Part shown: positions 38,301-49,655 of the stretch, in pieces
How the letters are laid out: each line of letters starts with the position of its first letter
How positions within the stretch are numbered: position 1 is the first letter of the stretch
NCBI GenBank assembly: GCA_044892505.1
Contig: CM097884.1
Location: 19,282,001-19,346,000 of the forward strand
Direction: 5' to 3'
Length of the DNA stretch: 64,000 nt
Source: Schmidtea nova
Lineage: Eukaryota
Notes under the pieces: generated by a model
Told to the model about the DNA's origin: nothing
What the model saw: the letters and a program-made list of their open reading frames with translations, nothing else
Database searches by the model: none
Program-made: the position numbers and the translations under genes

Positions 38301-41263
38301 AGCTTGTCTTATCTTACCTTTTTCATTAATTTTTAAAAATTATGTCATTCTTTTGTCTTTGTAAAATTCTCCATTCTTTATTCAACCTTAATTTAACCAC
38401 ATATTTCATAAATGTAGTACTTTGACATGTCTGTACAAAAATGCAGAGTCACTTTTTGTCTGAAGAAAATCTGAGAGTTGAAAATACTTTACAAAATAAT
38501 TAAAATCTATTTTACTGGTGTAAAAAATTAACACGTGTTTACCATAAAAATCTCTAGTTAAAAAAAAATTTAGTTTAAAAATACAAGAGCCCCTTTTTGC
38601 TGGTATAAATTATGAGAGTGGGAAATCTGTTTATAAAAAATCCTATACAAAAGATCAAGGTGAAAATCCAATACAAAAAACTGAAAAGTTTTTTCCCGTC
38701 AACTCACTTTTTACTTGGAGGGCAGGCGTGAGTTTGGGGACCACTAACTACCTACTTAAAGATGTTCTCAATTTGAATGTCATTTCACCATACAATCCAA
38801 TAAATCGTGAAGAAGAAAATACAAAAAAATATAATTCTTTACAACAAGTTCAATAATATTCCCTTTGAATTTAGCAACTGTCATTGCTATGGTAATTTTT
38901 TTGTATTAAAAACTTTGTTAGAGTACCTTCCTTTTATTTAGAATCTGTGCTTGAATTGTAAGCTCTTTTATTGCTTTTTTACCTCAATAAGCTTGAAATC
39001 TTTTGGATGTAAGGGTAAATTGAATAACCTAGTGGCTGAATTACCTCCGCTCCCATTTCCTGCAAGAATTTCTGAATTACGTGGCTTATTTCCATTTATC
39101 AATTGACATATGAAAATATTTTTTTCCTTGAGATAATCCAAAGTATTCAAATACTCCAGTTTTCTTATGTTCCATTTTTTACTAATTACATTTTTGTTTC
39201 AAAAATTAAAAATTAAGTATTTTCGAATCCCAAAGCAAACTTTAAAATTTTATTTTTATTTTAAATTAAAACGCCCCAGATTAGTTAAAAGGAAAAAAAT
39301 TAAATACAGTTCACAATGCAAACAACTTCACAATAAGCACACAACTATTTATGTTTATTTTTCTCTTTCGCTTCTGTATTTTACTATTTTATTTATACAA
39401 TGATATTTATTCATATAACTGATAAGCATACAAGACTTTCAAGCAGAGTTCTCTTGTACATATAATATTTTAAAAAAGCTAGAGAATGGAATATGAAAAA
39501 TGAAGATAAAGAAAAGCATCACTGAGTGAGATATACGTGTACATATGTATTATATAATTACATTTTGTCTTTCATGTGCATTTTTATAAAGAGTAAGAAG
39601 TTACTAATATATCTTGCTACTCCTTATTCTTACTATTACTTACAAATTTATTTTTACTTCTTATTACTACTCCTACTCCCAGCTGTGGTCATGAGTCACA
39701 TTAGCTAATTTGCTAAAATTGCAAAATTTGAAGAATACACATGAACTCAAAATTCTCAGATTCTAATATTCACACACATGATTCAAAATAGCACTCATTC
39801 CCGTTAAATGACAATGCTCTGAAACTCAAATACATCTCATTCATGACGTTTATAAACGACAACAGTCCAAAGAGCAATATAGCAATTTGAGTATCGCCAA
39901 TAATCACACCAATTAATTCACAAACAATAAAATAAGAAAAATAATCACAGAAATGTGAACCTTAGCATTCAATCGAAATATTGATTTAATAATATAAAAT
40001 TTAATACATACATGACAATAGAAATTATTTGTCAACCTGAACATAAACAATGCAATCAAAAACAATTCATTGTCTTTCAATCTTCAATTCTAGAATATCA
40101 ATCCTCATTTTTTTAATGTTGAAACGAACATCATCAATTTCTTCCACTAGATAAATTTCTTTATTAACTTTGATTTATTTTCCAGTTTCCATTCTTTAGT
40201 TACCTCTCTTTGCATTGGAAATTTGTAATGAGTGCTTTTTAATGCGTTCACATATTTTTATTCATTTTTAATCAAACTTTATGGGATATAACTTTTATAA
40301 GAAGCATTTCAGACTAATGTTCTTGATCCTTGTTCTTGATATAAAATAATGAGTTTCAAATTGATTGATCGAAAACGTCTTTTTTTGGAATTTCAAAATT
40401 ATTTTGATTTTTTGAGTACCACACCCCTAAAGTTCAATATCAATTTTTTTCAACACCCTGAATAATAAAATGTAATTTGGCATTTAAATTAAAATTACTT
40501 GTTTTCTGTAATTAATTAAAAAATCATCTTAACTATAATTTTCGATCTTTTCTATTACAGTTGATTTTTTTTACCGAACGCACTATTTAATTAAAATGTG
40601 ACTTTTGAGATCAATAATTTTTGATAATTTCAGTTATTTCTTTTACTGCATAAACGTTTAAGATTTTCAACTACCTGAAGAACTTATTGGTCACCCACGT
40701 GGTCATTATCGCCAGAAATCAGATCCGTGGATTCTAGAGAGCCTAGGTTGTGATTCTAATTTGAAATGGACTTGTTCTAAATGTAATGTTTCAAATATAT
40801 CATCAAAATGTTCCCGTTGCCTCCGTGACAGAATTCAATCAGGTAAAAATTTATCATTTTCCTAAAAATTAAATTTCTAAATTTAACTAACGGCTAAAAC
40901 TCGAAACATGGACGGAATTAATAATTTCAAATGGCATATTGTTCATATTAAATTTTCCTTAAATAGCAATATAAAAAGATAAAATTTAGAATATTATTTC
41001 GCTTGTCAATTATATGTGATGCATTGGATAAGTCCCAAGCTTAATATAGAATTAAAAATAATAACTTTGTCATTTTTAGTCTTGACATAGCTTTATAAAT
41101 ATAGGTGAAGAATGAAGTTGGTTTTACTCTCATTTTTCTTTATTACAGTATTGAAAAATCGTCCAAGTTATGATTTCACCGATCAAATATTGAAGTGTGA
41201 TAAAATTCTTTGTTTTGCAACAGAAAATAGCAATAAAATTCACGAGTTGTTGCAGTCAATCAG
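16635..41263 (+). CDS. Multi-exon host gene encoding CUE domain + coiled coil + RanBP2/NZF-like zinc finger (TAB2/TAB3-like architecture); 5' and 3' ends not resolved
   Basis: Phase-compatible AG/GT exons: 16635-16747, 18933-19076, 19122-19188, 27634-27773, 34651-34873, 34925-35080, 40663-40842, 41149-41263. The first splice builds DVNKLFSQFSSQFPSLKSEVIYKAINN|FNCDHDKIKDFLLS (CUE-like). 27634 exon DVNRLQDEYFKMQNNMEYLKNEMKYLKE is coiled-coil-like. 40663 exon WTCSKCNVSNISSKCSRC is NZF-like. The donor at 34874 (GTTCTC) is weak. Confidence 0.75.
17815..17879. repeat. (TA)n microsatellite
   Basis: Direct read. Confidence 0.95.
19574..20520 (+). pseudogene. mariner (DD34D) transposase pseudogene
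   Basis: N-terminal HTH (KATIYNCIRDFKSGRTDVFD..KPDRP). LNDNAPICTS and HPPYSPKLTANDFPPFRQLKK motifs. Frameshifts. Confidence 0.9.
21936..23849 (+). mobile_element. Mutator-like (MULE) DNA transposon
   Basis: Imperfect TIRs sharing G(G/A)CAATTCGGCG. 8-bp TSD TTTGTTCC/TTTTTTCC. Confidence 0.75.
22280..23530 (+). pseudogene. MULE transposase pseudogene with N-terminal FLYWCH-like zinc finger
   Basis: LVYNGYLY..RCCDRSCKGRCHT..HSH, WFVNGTFKVSP..QLYTIHG, ITDFEQ..GCHFH and LLNYFEDTFIG motifs. Stops and frameshifts. Confidence 0.9.
25603..25635 (-). ncRNA. Degenerate minimal type-I hammerhead (family B)
   Basis: Minus strand reads ATAC TAGATAA A GGC TGT ATC GAAA TAT T GTGT. Core and stem II are mutated. 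Confidence 0.45.
26613..26651 (+). ncRNA. Minimal type-I hammerhead, U3-G8 core variant (family A)
   Basis: GAGA TTGACGA G GATTAT TTT ATAATC GAAA AT T T TCTC: 4-bp stem I, 6-bp stem II, palindromic AATT stem III. Confidence 0.6.
29005..29310 (+). pseudogene. Chimeric ARF-GTPase / actin pseudogene fragment
   Basis: [43 protein letters not shown] (ARF C-terminal half) runs in frame into VVPEEHPLWLIEVPIN..REK, then after a frameshift MTLLMFKIFNAPAINIAIKAVLSLLVSG*TS (actin). Confidence 0.88.
29390..29545 (-). pseudogene. mariner transposase N-terminal HTH fragment
   Basis: IRILIRHYWEKCLTSVSLTRKICNVEGKDVLKEKTAQYYL (with frameshift) resembles a mariner N-terminus. Confidence 0.55.
30619..32450 (+). 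pseudogene. Buster/ZBED5-like transposase pseudogene
   Basis: RKYDKNYLSFGF..PLCVIC.ETLSN..MKPSNLKRHF.TKH, ISTDGAKSM, VRWLSRGK and YLVDVF motifs. Several frameshifts. Confidence 0.93.
32452..32561. mobile_element. Small hAT-like MITE inserted at the transposase stop codon
   Basis: CAGGGTCGGGTCGAT vs CAGGGACGGTCCGAT imperfect TIR. TSD GCATTAAT/ATATTAAT (6/8). Confidence 0.5.
35532..36396 (+). mobile_element. Penelope-like retroelement 3' remnant (GIY-YIG endonuclease + pseudo-LTR)
   Basis: CNKCEEIYIGSTLRTLHQRIKEH..SSVYRHLQQC, then after a frameshift LKEALLIRDKHPKINSKEE. pLTR is homologous to 26600-26740. Confidence 0.88.
36276..36314 (+). ncRNA. Minimal type-I hammerhead, U3-G8 variant (family A, copy 2)
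   Basis: GAGA TTGACGA G GATTAT TTT ATAAAC GAAA AT T T TCTC, with one stem II mismatch. Confidence 0.55.
37998..38030 (-). ncRNA. Minimal type-I hammerhead, U3-A8 variant (family B)
   Basis: Minus strand reads ACAC TTGAGAA A TGC TGT GGC GAAA TAT T GTGT. Confidence 0.5.
38053..38084 (+). ncRNA. Minimal type-I hammerhead, U3-G8 variant (family B)
   Basis: ACAC TTGATGA A GACTGTGC GAAA TAT C GTGT: 4-bp stem I, ATAT palindrome, AUC cleavage triplet. Stem II is degraded. Confidence 0.6.
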
Positions 41264-41269
41264 GTAAGG

Positions 41270-41612
41270 TCTCATTAGATCGCGTCCCATTTGGGCTTAT
41301 CTCAATAGAGTGCAAAATATATTTTTATCCCATTAGAGGGCAGCTTACTAAGGTGCAATGAAAAAGTATCATTAAAGCGCGGCCAATAAACTAGGACCAT
41401 ACATATTCTATATATTTTAACGTTGATTTATTTGAGTTTGTGAAGCAATAACTGTTGGTTCATTTACAAATATATGTAATACCAAGAAATTCACATACAA
41501 ATGTGACGACAATCAAATTGTTTTGAATAATAGTTTTTTTATTTTATGCGACCTAATGTGAATGCGCTCTATTGGGAAATTTTCGCGCCCAAATGGGATC
41601 AGCCCTAATGAG
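41270..41612. mobile_element. MITE with ~45-bp imperfect TIRs
   Basis: GTCTCATTAG..CCCATTTGGGC..CAATAGAG vs CTCTATTG..GCCCAAATGGG..CTAATGAGAC. Confidence 0.55.
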
Positions 41613-41699
41613 ACTACAAACAGTTTCAATTCCTCTTTGATCTGTGCTCTAATATGATGTGCTCTAGTGTGTGTAAATCAGTCTATCTTAAAAAAATTG

Positions 41700-42430
41700 T
41701 GAAGAACTGGGTAAATACATTCAGACGTGGTCACATATCAGTTGTTGATGATGTCAGATAGGGTTAACAAAGGGAAATTTCTAACATTGTTGATAAAAGA
41801 CTGCTGAAAATGGTGCAGGAGAAGCGAAGAATCAGCATTTAGACGCTATACACAGCTTTTAACGTCAACGCGGAAAGTGTGCTTGCATGACTAAAGGCTT
41901 TAGGTATGTGAAAATTGTGTGTTGAGATTTATGAAAAATCGTCGAATCACATGTGTGAACAACATCGACATCTGGAAGCAGCATGTGAACAAGTTTTTGT
42001 GGAATATTCTTGCAGATGTTGAGACCCCTTTATCTCATATATTCACGAGTTCAAACGGAATTCTTCTGAGTAAAAATTCTGCGATGAGAAGTCGTCTGTC
42101 AAAATAAGATCAGGAACTACCAATAATCAACTTTTAATGCTTTCCATATTATGGGGCAGCAAGGATATTTCGTTGTCAAGTTAGTAATAAAGCCAAGTAC
42201 TACAGCAACCTTTTAGTAACAGTCAGAAGGAATAGGTGATGAGAAACTGGGGCACCGCTGTGATTTTTGCATGACAATACACGTGTTCTTGGAGCAGACA
42301 TTTCTCAGTCCAAAATCGAGTTTGCTGATTTGACGCTTCTTGAGTACTCTGTGTATAATCCTGATATTGCGCCCAGTGACTATTACCTATTCCAACATCT
42401 GAAGAAGTATCTAAGAGGGAAATAATTAGC
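41700..42430 (+). pseudogene. Decayed mariner transposase
   Basis: LHDNTR and YNPDIAPSDYYLFQHLKKYLRG (DD34D third-Asp motif). Many disablements. Confidence 0.8.
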
Positions 42431-43190
42431 AGGAGCGAGGATTATTTAAAATTATTTTGTAATCCCTTTTAACTCTAGTAACAATATCTAATTCTACCTA
42501 AGTACACTTGCTTTACCATTACAAATCATCATAATTTTGATAAGCTTTTTAGACACCTTATAATAATTTAGGGAAATATGATAACTTAATTGATTTTATA
42601 GGCTAAAAACACATTTCATGTTTTATTTCAATGGTGTCTTGTAATTTACGATAATTATTTGGGGTTATCCATGACACGGAGGATTTCATAAGAATTATCT
42701 GTCAATTTTAACTGGCTTTAGGAAAATTGTTGCTAATTTTGAATTCTCATTTAAAAATTGATATTTGATTCAGTAATGATAGTGAAAGATATTTCAAAAG
42801 ATAGTTTAACTCTGCAGTAATTTATGATAATTTTTTAAAATTTTAGAATATTTTAAAGATTTACTAACAAGTTAGATGACAATATTTTATTGGGCTTTAG
42901 TTGTTTTTAGATTGACTTGGATAAATATTAATTATAAATCAATTTAATCTGAATTTTTTAAATACTTTGAATGTACCAGTATTTGAATAATTATTTATTT
43001 ATATTCATTTAGAAAATATTTAAATACTCTAAAATTAATTTTATTTTTAAAACAATATTAATTCTCTTAATGATAAATTTATAATAAATTCCCAATTACA
43101 ATTATATTTTTAAAAATGATAAGTTCTTAATAAATTATAATTGAAGAGTTTTGAATCGATTTGTTAATTAATAACACAATTTTCATACTA

Positions 43191-43350
43191 CACTCAATCC
43201 TTTTTTACGCGTTTATTTACGAAAATGAACATATTATATTCACGAGAGTTTTTATCTTTGGCACCAATCTACCCAATTTACATATGAGTAGTGAATTTTT
43301 TTGCGCGTCTTTCGCTGGAACCAATCTATTGCATTAAAAAGGATTGAGTG
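43191..43350. mobile_element. Tc1/mariner-type MITE
   Basis: TA TSDs. TIR CACTCAATCCTTTTT at both ends. Confidence 0.85.
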
Positions 43351-43772
43351 TATTAAATTAATTTTTAAATTAAAATAATTAATTACTATTTAAGTTCTTT
43401 TAATATTAGAATTAAATATCATTCAATTTCCATGCGTATTTAATTATATAATTATTATTTGAATAAAAATGTTTTATATCGAAAATTATTTATTCGAGTA
43501 ATATTTTACAAATTTATTGTTTGTTTTTCAAAAAAATTCCACGAAAACCCTGGATAAATAAAAAAATTCATAATGTATGTTACTCAGTAAAAATCATTAT
43601 TTTGAATCATTATTTATAATATATTGGGAAATTAAATTCTATGTTTAAATAGTTACAGCAAAGAAAAGTAATTATTTACAAGACACATGAGTGGGGCGCA
43701 AAACACAACTTTTTAATATTTCTTTTGAAATTCTTATAGAGAATTAAATTCTTTTCCTCCAATGTAATGAAA

Positions 43773-43946
43773 AATTGTTCAGACCAATGGATCTAGGTAA
43801 AAAACAGTAGAGTAGAGGGAAGTGAGCATTCAACACAAAGTCATTTATCTCAGGATACAACTGCCCCCTCTACAACTCTAAACAAGAAAGGATTTTTTTA
43901 CTCTTTTGTTTTTCTCTTTTACCTAGATCCAATGGTCTGGACAATT
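43773..43946. mobile_element. MITE with ~31-bp TIRs
   Basis: AATTGT(T/C)CAGACCA(A/T)TGGATCTAGGTAAAAA inverted pair. Confidence 0.75.
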
Positions 43947-44899
43947 CTTAATTGCACTTTTGTGTAAAGTATCGATCAGTTCGGTGAACAGAGACTGATA
44001 ATAGACATTTTTGTTAAAACAAAATTTATTTGATAATGTCATTATTTAAATTTTAAGATTGATATGATTACCAGTTTTTGATATTATAATATCTCATTTC
44101 AGATCGGCTTTAAATCGTATCTCTTTGTGATAGAATGCATAGATGTTTTAATAAAGCATAATTGTAAATAGAAATTCTGTGAAGGTTTTATTATTTGATA
44201 ATGAAAGAATGTATAAATGCAACTCTATTTAAATCTGGTATTATTGTATTTTGTTTAGATATAGATTATGATTACGTAGAATGTGTTTATTTATTATCTG
44301 CTTTCTATTAAAAGATCATATTTCTTTTTGATGAGCTTTTCATTGGTAGCTTTCTAAAAGTTTTAATGTATTTTCCACTACTACTGATTGATTACTAATT
44401 TGTAATATTTTTTTCGATAAAAATGGAAATTTATTTTTCTATAATTGTTTTGATCGCTATGGACAATGAATTTAAATTTGTGGATATGATAATAAATTTT
44501 TGAATTTCATTTATATGCAATGGAAATGTTTTTTTTAATTTGACTTAAATAAATGGAGAAATCAATAGTTGTAAATAGAGGTATTTATTAGTAGAAATTG
44601 TTTATAGTTGATATGTTAAACGATTAAAATGTACAATTGATTATAATACACAAGTGCATTCAAAAGCGCGTGTGTGTGAAACAGACCATAGCCTCTCAAT
44701 TTATGGTCTGCAAGCCAGAATGAAAAATTGTTTTTAATTTATTTAGTTTCGAAAATTAATTATTCAGACAGCTAAGTATATTGATATAAAAGGATGGTTT
44801 CTTGGTAGCAGCTTTAATTGTGTAATAAATAACAAGATAAACCTTATAGTACACATGTTATATGTCATAATATTGATTGTCAAGTACTACTATTGATTT

Positions 44900-45841
44900 T
44901 TAGTTCTATTTTTGGTTTTCAAGAGAGCAAACATTTCTTTTTATATAATTAAATGTTTTTATATAGATTATCGTTGTCCGTGAGTTATCAGTTGCCGGTT
45001 CGTAAAATGCACCAAGATGATGGGCAAAACAATTAAATATAATAAAAATTAAAAACACAACAATTAAAAGAGAATACCTACAGTAGCACAAAAAATACCT
45101 GAAATAAAATAAATGAAAATAAAAGAATATTACCAAAGAAACCACAAGGGAGAAATTGGAGAATTGCCAAGATACCTAAAAAATAGAAAAGCAAATAAAA
45201 ACAAAAAAATACGAGTACAACTAAATACTTATTATAAGACATCATCAGTCATCAATCATAAATCAATAATAAATCATCAATAAATCATGGACAGGGTAAA
45301 TGATTTGATGTTTTGAAATTTGAGTACGAGAAAGAAATAGCAAAACATAAGAAGATGGCAGCGAAATAAAATAAATCGAACAATTAACCAAAAAAGGTCA
45401 TTTCTAATTAAGAAGTACAAAAAGGGGAAAAGAAATTTCGAATTCTAAAAACCAAAACAAGAAAAAAATTATATATTGACAGCTTATCAGGTATATCAGG
45501 ATTACAGGAGAAAAAGTAGGAATAACATAAGAAGGGACGCATAGGAAATCTCTACAACTGTCAGAGATAAGGTGGGAGCTAGGATAAAATTAAAATGCAT
45601 GCTGGAGGCAAAAATGGAAAAATAAAATTATCTCAAGTACCACAAATTCGACGAATTATAAAAGAAAGAAGCAATAATAGGCGAGAGAAAAGATATAAGA
45701 GATTCAAAAGGAAATCTGTGGAAAAATTGAAATTGAGAAGAATCAGAGTGTATAAATAGAAAACGTGAATTAAAGGAAAATTTGAGAAGATTGTAGTGAA
45801 TTTAACGAACTAAGAAATTAATTGAATTAAAGAATCAAAGT
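44900..45841 (+). repeat. Probable LTR fragment related to the 10161-11289 solo LTR
   Basis: Shares GACAGCTT.TCAG and CTGTCAGAGATAA motifs and A-rich composition. TATAAATAG near 45752. Termini not found. Confidence 0.4.
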
Positions 45842-46269
45842 TTAACACTGGAACACCGGAAGTCGTCATTACTCCTCGAACGCCGAAAGTGGTTATCCAT
45901 GACCACGTAATTAATTATACTATAAATAGGGGCTCAAATAGAGACTTAGAAGCAGTTTGTGCACTTTTTAATGAATTAAACGTCTAGGAGATACTTTGCG
46001 CATACAAAAATCATGTATTAGTAGCTAAGCTCCCCTCCTCCATCCTCATACTAGAAAATATATGCATGAATATCCCTGATTTTTTCCTTAACCCATTCAA
46101 TGCCGGAAGGGGATAGGGCCAGCTTTCACCTTTCAGGTGAAAGTCGATGAAAAGAAATCGAATAGCGGTGTCAGTTTTTGTCTAAAACGCTTTCTTAAAT
46201 AGATATGGCAAAAGAGAGAATGTTCAACGACCCAAAACAGTTGCTGGCAGAGAATATTCTTGAAAAATA

Positions 46270-47095
46270 ACTATTTTATTTACACTTGTGGGATACAATC
46301 GTTTCATTGAAATGTTTCTATTTGATTGTGAAGTTCATGTTTGCCACAAAACGGTTTGTTGCAGTTGTCACACGCGTTGTACGTTTTGTTGTATCAGTTT
46401 TTTCGTCAACATTTGAAACGCTTTTGCTTTGCCTTCACTTGTTGGATCGTCGTTTCCGAGACTCTTGAACGGGCTTTCAAAGAGCTCTTGCTAGTTCCAA
46501 CATGAATCGTTTTCTGGGTATGTGACCAACGACTTCTTAGTATATAACATGTGCATTAATAAGAGCCTCTTCAAGTAAATCGTAGAACACACAAACTGGC
46601 CATCGTCTTGAGGCAGCTTTCGTACTATATACACGTAACATCTGGTCGAGGCAGTCTCCTCCAGTCTTGGTTTTGTTGTAGGTTAAAACAATCTCTAGTT
46701 TCTTCTTGTTTGAATCTGGACAAATGCGTGGACTGCAATGGAGCGTAGACATAAGGAACACATTATTTCTTGCTTTGCACTTGTAATTAACTAAGCGGAT
46801 GTCACCTGATTTGTGAAACATTGAATTATGTAGCTCTAAATTCATATTCTTAAAATCCGTGGGCAAGCTTCGCGAAGTCTTCCTCACTGTACCAAGATAA
46901 GTTATTTTGTGTTCCAATAAATGACTTGCTAATGGAGCAGAAGAAAAGAAATTGTCGGCTGTAACATGATAGCCACAATTTTTAACTGGTTCCACTAACA
47001 ATTTCACAACATGTTGTCCAACTGTTTCCCCTGACGGGCAAACAGTTGCCCGTTCCACTGATATTTTGAATGTGTTTAAGTAACTGAAGGTTGAA
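46270..47095 (-). pseudogene. piggyBac transposase, 3' half
   Basis: HVTADNFFSS, TYLGTVRK, YNKTKTGGDCLDQM and RRWPVCVF motifs. Cys-rich tail at ~46280-46400. Confidence 0.92.
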
Positions 47096-47418
47096 TGTTG
47101 CGGATTATGTTTGTGGTATTATTATGTTTGTTTGTTTGTTTGTAAAAATTTTAATTTTTTTTTAAATTTTAAAATTTGTAAATTTTATGTTGTGTTAAAA
47201 TTTTATTAAATTAAATTTTATTTTTAAAATAATACGTATGTTGTTCTATGTATAATGTTTGTTTTTAATTAAATTTTAAAAGATTTTTGTGTAATAAAAT
47301 AAAATAAATTTTTAAATTTTTAAATTAAAATTTTGATATGGTATTAAGATGATTTTTATTGATTAATTTGTTTAAATTTTAGCATATTTTCTATTTTATT
47401 ATTGATTGTCCTGATTGC

Positions 47419-47459
47419 CTCGACTGAAGAAGATTGTTATACAATCGAAATATATCGCG
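47419..47459 (+). ncRNA. Minimal type-I hammerhead with canonical core (family C)
   Basis: CTCGA CTGAAGA A GATTG TTATA CAATC GAAA TA T A TCGCG: perfect 5-bp stem II, 3+1-bp stem I, ATAT palindrome. Confidence 0.7.
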
Positions 47460-47495
47460 TTTATGTTGAATTTACTGAGTTGGCGTTTTTCTATA

Positions 47496-47496
<1 letters not shown>

Positions 47497-47573
<77 letters not shown>
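47497..47573. repeat. (ATT)n microsatellite
   Basis: Direct read. Similar tracts at ~26750, ~35285 and ~48490. Confidence 0.95.
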
Positions 47574-47575
<2 letters not shown>

Positions 47576-47590
47576 GATTATTTGGATGTA

Positions 47591-48054
47591 TTATATAGAA
47601 TAAGAATTAATAATTACAGCAGTAATTTCATCCTCATCGTCGGAAATATTAATTACTTCATTTTTAATAAATTTACAAGGAATTGATTCCTCGTTTAAAA
47701 TTTTTCGTTTATTGTTGTTGCTAGAAAAATTATTATTATTATTTATATTATTATTTCTATTGTTGTTTGAGAAATTATTGCTGTTGTTGGAAATATTATT
47801 ATTATTATTTCTATTGTTGTTATGTATATTATTTTGAATATTAATTTTATTATTATTAAAAATAGTTTTTTTAGAACCAATATACTGAGTTAAATGATAT
47901 CGGTGTTTATCATAAAAGTCAGTATATGGAAGGGTTTCGTTGATTTTACAAACAGGGCAAATGAGGAAGGTGACTCTACTATATTTATACGAATAGTACT
48001 TTTCCATAATTTGATGGCAATCATTATGTAAAGTACTATTACAGTATAAAGGGT
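47591..48054 (-). CDS. Exon of an orphan Cys/His-containing, Asn-rich protein in the Polinton remnant
   Basis: Acceptor TTTAAAG at ~48055. Open frame SNYPLYCNSTLHNDCHQIMEKYYSYKYSRVTFLICPVCK..DKHRYH, then poly-Asn and an acidic tail. Confidence 0.5.
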
Positions 48055-48489
48055 AATTTGAACCTTTAAAATAAAAAATAATGATAAAATAATTAGAAAA
48101 TAATAGAAAAAATTATTATAAAATAGTTATAAAATAATTATAAAATAATTATAAAATAATTGAAAAAAAATTGAAAAATAAACATAAGTTTAACTTATTA
48201 CGGAAGAGTTTAATCTATTTTATCTGTTTAAACTATTACATAATAGGATAATCAAATGTCAATACAAAAATAAAGTTTTTGATTGAAAAGATTACGTCAC
48301 TGTGTGAAGTGCTATTAACTAAATATGATAATTTATATTTAATGATTATGTCACCGTATCTAATATGATAACGTGTTTTAATTGACATTAAAAAGTATTG
48401 AAGGGTAGGTATTAATATCAACTTTTAAGAGACTATATAATTATTATAACTAAATTATTATCATTAAGTTAATATTATTTATTAAAAAC

Positions 48490-48563
<74 letters not shown>

Positions 48564-48899
48564 TCTAATAAAAAACTATAATAATCAAAAAACTAATATT
48601 ATTTTCAATAAGATATTAAATATTTTTTATTATATGTTTTATTAATACTTTATAATATTATTGAAAATTAATACCATTACGTTTCTTTTATAAAATATAA
48701 TATTACTTTTATTATTTTATTGAATGTAATACTAATATAAAAAATGATATCAGTTATTTGAAAATATTATTGAATATATTCATAGTTAATTGAGAATATT
48801 ATTTAATTAAGGGAAAATATTAATATTAAAATATCATAAAAACTACTATAAAACTATTATAAAACATTATAAAAAATTAAAAATCTTACATTTTGTTCT

Positions 48900-49370
48900 A
48901 CCATTCGTCACGGAATTTATCGATGCATTATTAAAAAAGTTTCCATCATTTGAAGCGTTATTAAAATTCGTCGTGGATACATTTGGGGCACTAAAATTAA
49001 AATCCATCGCCGATACATTTTAGGCATTTAAATGTTCTATAAAACATGAAATAAAATAATAAATATACAAATATAATTTTACCGTTTCTATAAAAACCAT
49101 AATTGTTTTCGTTTCCCGATACATTTCTAAAAACATTTGGGACATTAAATTCCATTTTGAACATTTTGAACATTTAAATGTTCTATAAAACATGAAATAA
49201 AATATTAAATATACAAATATAATTTTACCGTTTCTAAAAAAACCATTATCGTTATCGTTTCCGGATACATTTGTAATAATCCGCATATTAATTCTTGACA
49301 TTCCTAAAATAAATAACGTTTAAAAATAATAATAAAATAAAAAATAAATCCTTACCATTGAATCCATTGA
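48900..49370 (-). pseudogene. Spliced Asn-rich accessory gene relic with a duplicated exon+intron unit
   Basis: GT-AG introns at 49304-49355, 49183-49228 and 49037-49082. The last two are near-identical, from a ~146-bp tandem duplication. Small indels break the frame. Confidence 0.5.
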
Positions 49371-49655
49371 TGTTTGTATTTTTAACATTATTGATATTGT
49401 TGTACATATTTAATTAATGATTATAAGATGAATAAGAAATTTTGGGTTATAGTAAAAAGTGACTAAAATATTGAAAACATATCTTTATATAAGATATATT
49501 GCATAATATTAATTGAACCAATGAAAATCGTTTATGAGAAGAAAAGATTCTCTCGCACACATACAACATGGATTTACCAGCTGTATGTGTATTATCATAC
49601 ACGTATGTTATACATACATGTTCACTCATTATAATTTCCATTAATACACACATGA

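Larger units (their letters stand above)
37205..38420. repeat. Three diverged ~220-bp direct repeat units (~37205, ~37675, ~38215)
   Basis: Shared AAAATTT(A/C)AGTACTTATTT, AAA(A)CTCTGAGCT and CTTAATTTAACCACAT.TTTCATAAATGTAGTA. Confidence 0.65.

Noticed and set aside
42774-42804. Candidate terminal exon for the CUE-NZF gene (also 56291)
   Set aside because: Both are phase-compatible but too short to choose between without transcripts.
47415-47603. Poly-Ile or poly-Tyr/Ile ORFs (also 35234, 52427)
   Set aside because: Translations of (ATT)n and (TA)n microsatellites.
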